DNA from: Christensenellales bacterium
Lineage (GTDB): Bacteria; Bacillota; Clostridia; Christensenellales; JBMNTQ01
Direction: 5' to 3'
DNA length: 64,000 nt
NCBI GenBank assembly: GCA_050945835.1
Contig: JBMNTR010000008.1
Coordinates: 25,276-89,275, forward strand
In this document: piece after piece, positions 62,153-64,000 of the stretch
How positions within the stretch are numbered: position 1 is the stretch's first letter
How the letters are laid out: the number at the start of each line of letters is the position of its first letter
Notes under the pieces: generated by a model
Database searches by the model: none
Told to the model about the DNA's origin: nothing
The model's input: the letters and a program-made list of their open reading frames with translations, nothing else
Translations under genes and position numbers: made by a program

Positions 62153-62986
62153 TTAACCTTTTACTGCCCCTTCCGTCAATCCTGTCACAAAATATTTCTG
62201 CAGGAAGAGGAAGAGCAAAACGATGGGGATGGCGGCCAGCACCGCGGCCGGCATCACGAGATTCCACGGATATGTGCCGCTCGCGTTTTGAAAACCCGCA
62301 ATGCCCACGGGCAGCGTTCTCATCACGCTCGCCTTGGAGACCAGTGAGGGCCATAAGTAATCCCCCCAAACCCACATAAATTTTAAAATAGCGCCCGTAC
62401 CGATGGCGGGCTTTGAGTTTGGGATGATGATGCGCGTCAGCACATTGAAACGCCCACAGCCGTCAATCATAGCTGCTTCGTCCAGGGCGCGCGGTATCTG
62501 CGTAAAGCTTTGCTTTAAAAAGAATATGATGAACGGCGACACCGCGACGGGCAATATCAGGCCCTGGTAGGTGTCGACCCACCCCCATTGCACCATCATG
62601 AGATACAGCGGCACCACGATCGCCTGCACCGGGATGATCTGGGCAAAGAGCACCATCGCGTTGGTGAGCCTTTTCCCCGGATATTCCAGCCGCGCCAGCG
62701 TGTAAGCGGCTAAAACGTCGATCACGAGGTTGATCGCGATCGCGGCTACCGCCACCAACACCGAATTGATAAACCATTGTATAAATTCATAATTGGCTAG
62801 CAGGTCATAGTAGTTATACAGGCTTGGGTCCTGCGGCAGCAGATGGAAGTTGAGCGAGACGATCGAGTTATAGCTTTCGAAGGAGCCCTTGAACATGATC
62901 AGGAACGGGAACAGCGAAAACAGGCATGTGCACAGTATGATCACAAACTTCGCAATAGGCAGGAGCCTGAATTTTCTCTCACTCAT
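62153..62986 (-). CDS. carbohydrate ABC transporter permease (MalG-like)
   Basis: EAA loop LDEAAMIDGCGRFNVLTRIIIPNSKPA and six TM segments. Confidence 0.8.
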   Translation of the reverse strand: MSERKFRLLPIAKFVIILCTCLFSLFPFLIMFKGSFESYNSIVSLNFHLLPQDPSLYNYYDLLANYEFIQWFINSVLVAVAAIAINLVIDVLAAYTLARLEYPGKRLTNAMVLFAQIIPVQAIVVPLYLMMVQWGWVDTYQGLILPVAVSPFIIFFLKQSFTQIPRALDEAAMIDGCGRFNVLTRIIIPNSKPAIGTGAILKFMWVWGDYLWPSLVSKASVMRTLPVGIAGFQNASGTYPWNLVMPAAVLAAIPIVLLFLFLQKYFVTGLTEGAVKG

Positions 62987-63887
62987 CGACCGCACCCCCT
63001 TTCCCTATCAAAGATTTAATAAAGGTAAACAGCGCCACGATCAGGAACAGGATGAACGAGGCTGCCGAAGCCAGGCCGACGCTGTCGCGCACCTTTGCGT
63101 AAATATAGGTGACCACCGTCGTTGTGGCGTTTCCCGGCCCTCCGCCCGTCATCACCCAGATGTGGTCGAACGCCTTGAAGGAATTGATGAGCAGTATCGT
63201 CGTCACAAAGTATAGTATGGGTCTTAACATGGGCACCGTGATCTTCCAGAATTTCTGCCATGCGTTTGCCCCCGCGACATCCGCCGCCTCATATAAATCT
63301 TTTGGAATCTTCTGCAAGCCGCCGATCAATATGAGCGTATACAGTCCATACTCCTTCCAGACGTTGAATATCGTTACGGCTAAAAGCGCTGTGCCGGAGC
63401 TGTACAGCCAGGACGGCCCGGCGATGTTGAACATGCCCAACACTTGATTGATGACGCCGTATTGCGGATCGTACATCATCTTCCAAACCATGCCCATCAC
63501 GGTGATGGGTACGACGACGGGTATGAATACGAGGCTGCGCCCCAAAACGCTCATGCGGCTCTGCCTTTGGAACAGCAAAGCACACACCATGGATACGGCC
63601 AGTGTGAGTCCCATATTCAGTATGGTGTATACGATGGTGTTGATCAGCGCACGGTGGAAGCTGCTGTCATGAAGCAGCATGAATTCATAATTACCCAGCC
63701 CCACGAAAGTTTTATCACCCGCCAGATTCCATTTGAACAAGCTTGTGCCGGCGGAATCGATCATCGGCCAGATCATGAACAATATCAGAAAGACCGCGGC
63801 GGGCAGAATAAACATATACGCCTGGAGCGTATTCTTTACTTTAGGTTTGATTATCACGGCACGATTCGGTTTGCGCTTGATTAACAT
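62979..63887 (-). CDS. carbohydrate ABC transporter permease (MalF-like)
   Basis: EAA loop LYEAADVAGANAWQKFWKITVPMLRP and six TM segments. Confidence 0.8.
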   Translation of the reverse strand: MLIKRKPNRAVIIKPKVKNTLQAYMFILPAAVFLILFMIWPMIDSAGTSLFKWNLAGDKTFVGLGNYEFMLLHDSSFHRALINTIVYTILNMGLTLAVSMVCALLFQRQSRMSVLGRSLVFIPVVVPITVMGMVWKMMYDPQYGVINQVLGMFNIAGPSWLYSSGTALLAVTIFNVWKEYGLYTLILIGGLQKIPKDLYEAADVAGANAWQKFWKITVPMLRPILYFVTTILLINSFKAFDHIWVMTGGGPGNATTTVVTYIYAKVRDSVGLASAASFILFLIVALFTFIKSLIGKGGAVDE

Positions 63888-64000
63888 AACCGGCTTAAAT
63901 CCTTTCTGTCGGATTCTCGTGAAACCCTTTGAGATCTTTGGCGTATTTCAGCCAAGCCTTGCCTGCAAATTAGGCGAGCAATGAAAGAGGATTGGCGTGA

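Noticed and set aside
63888-64000. 3' end of a sugar-binding protein gene upstream of the permeases
   Set aside because: Each minus-strand frame in the last 110 nt either contains a stop or is not protein-like, and the segment is too short to call. It is left unannotated.

Overview
The window is a chromosomal segment of a spore-forming Firmicute, probably Clostridia. This is supported by the yabP-yabQ-divIC-yabR block, a T-box leader on valS and GGAGG ribosome-binding sites. By eye the backbone is GC-rich, above 50%. The backbone carries housekeeping genes. They include tRNA-Leu, and tRNA-Val followed by a candidate 6S RNA. They also include folC-valS, pgsA, thrB, an EF-G paralog, a puuR-like regulator with potABCD, patB, pirin and glnA. 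A purine block follows (NCS2 permease, guaA, purC), then a complete F-type ATP synthase operon in the order atpIBEFHAGDC. A GT2-TPR glycosyltransferase and an NMT1/THI5-type ABC transporter complete the backbone. About 18 kb (roughly 40.7-58.7 kb) is visibly AT-richer and forms a mosaic island. It holds a serine-recombinase C-terminal stub, IS3 and IS256 debris, and a decayed SPP1-like phage head module (capsid with an in-frame TGA, scaffold, gp7-like/ADP-ribosyltransferase fragments). It also holds an intact cassette of a Liv-type ABC transporter, a PPC protein, two dehydrogenases and an AraC regulator, plus ParB-like and small mobile-element ORFs. Downstream is a sugar ABC operon that contains an FAD oxidoreductase and an unusual GroEL-like protein reduced to its equatorial domain. 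That protein is the most novel-looking item. Also notable are an ATP synthase delta subunit cut down to its C-terminal ~70 residues, a c-subunit with a partial Na+ motif, and purine-gene leaders with no recognisable purine aptamer. No rRNA genes or CRISPR arrays were seen. All homology statements are by-eye motif recognition and were not confirmed by searches.
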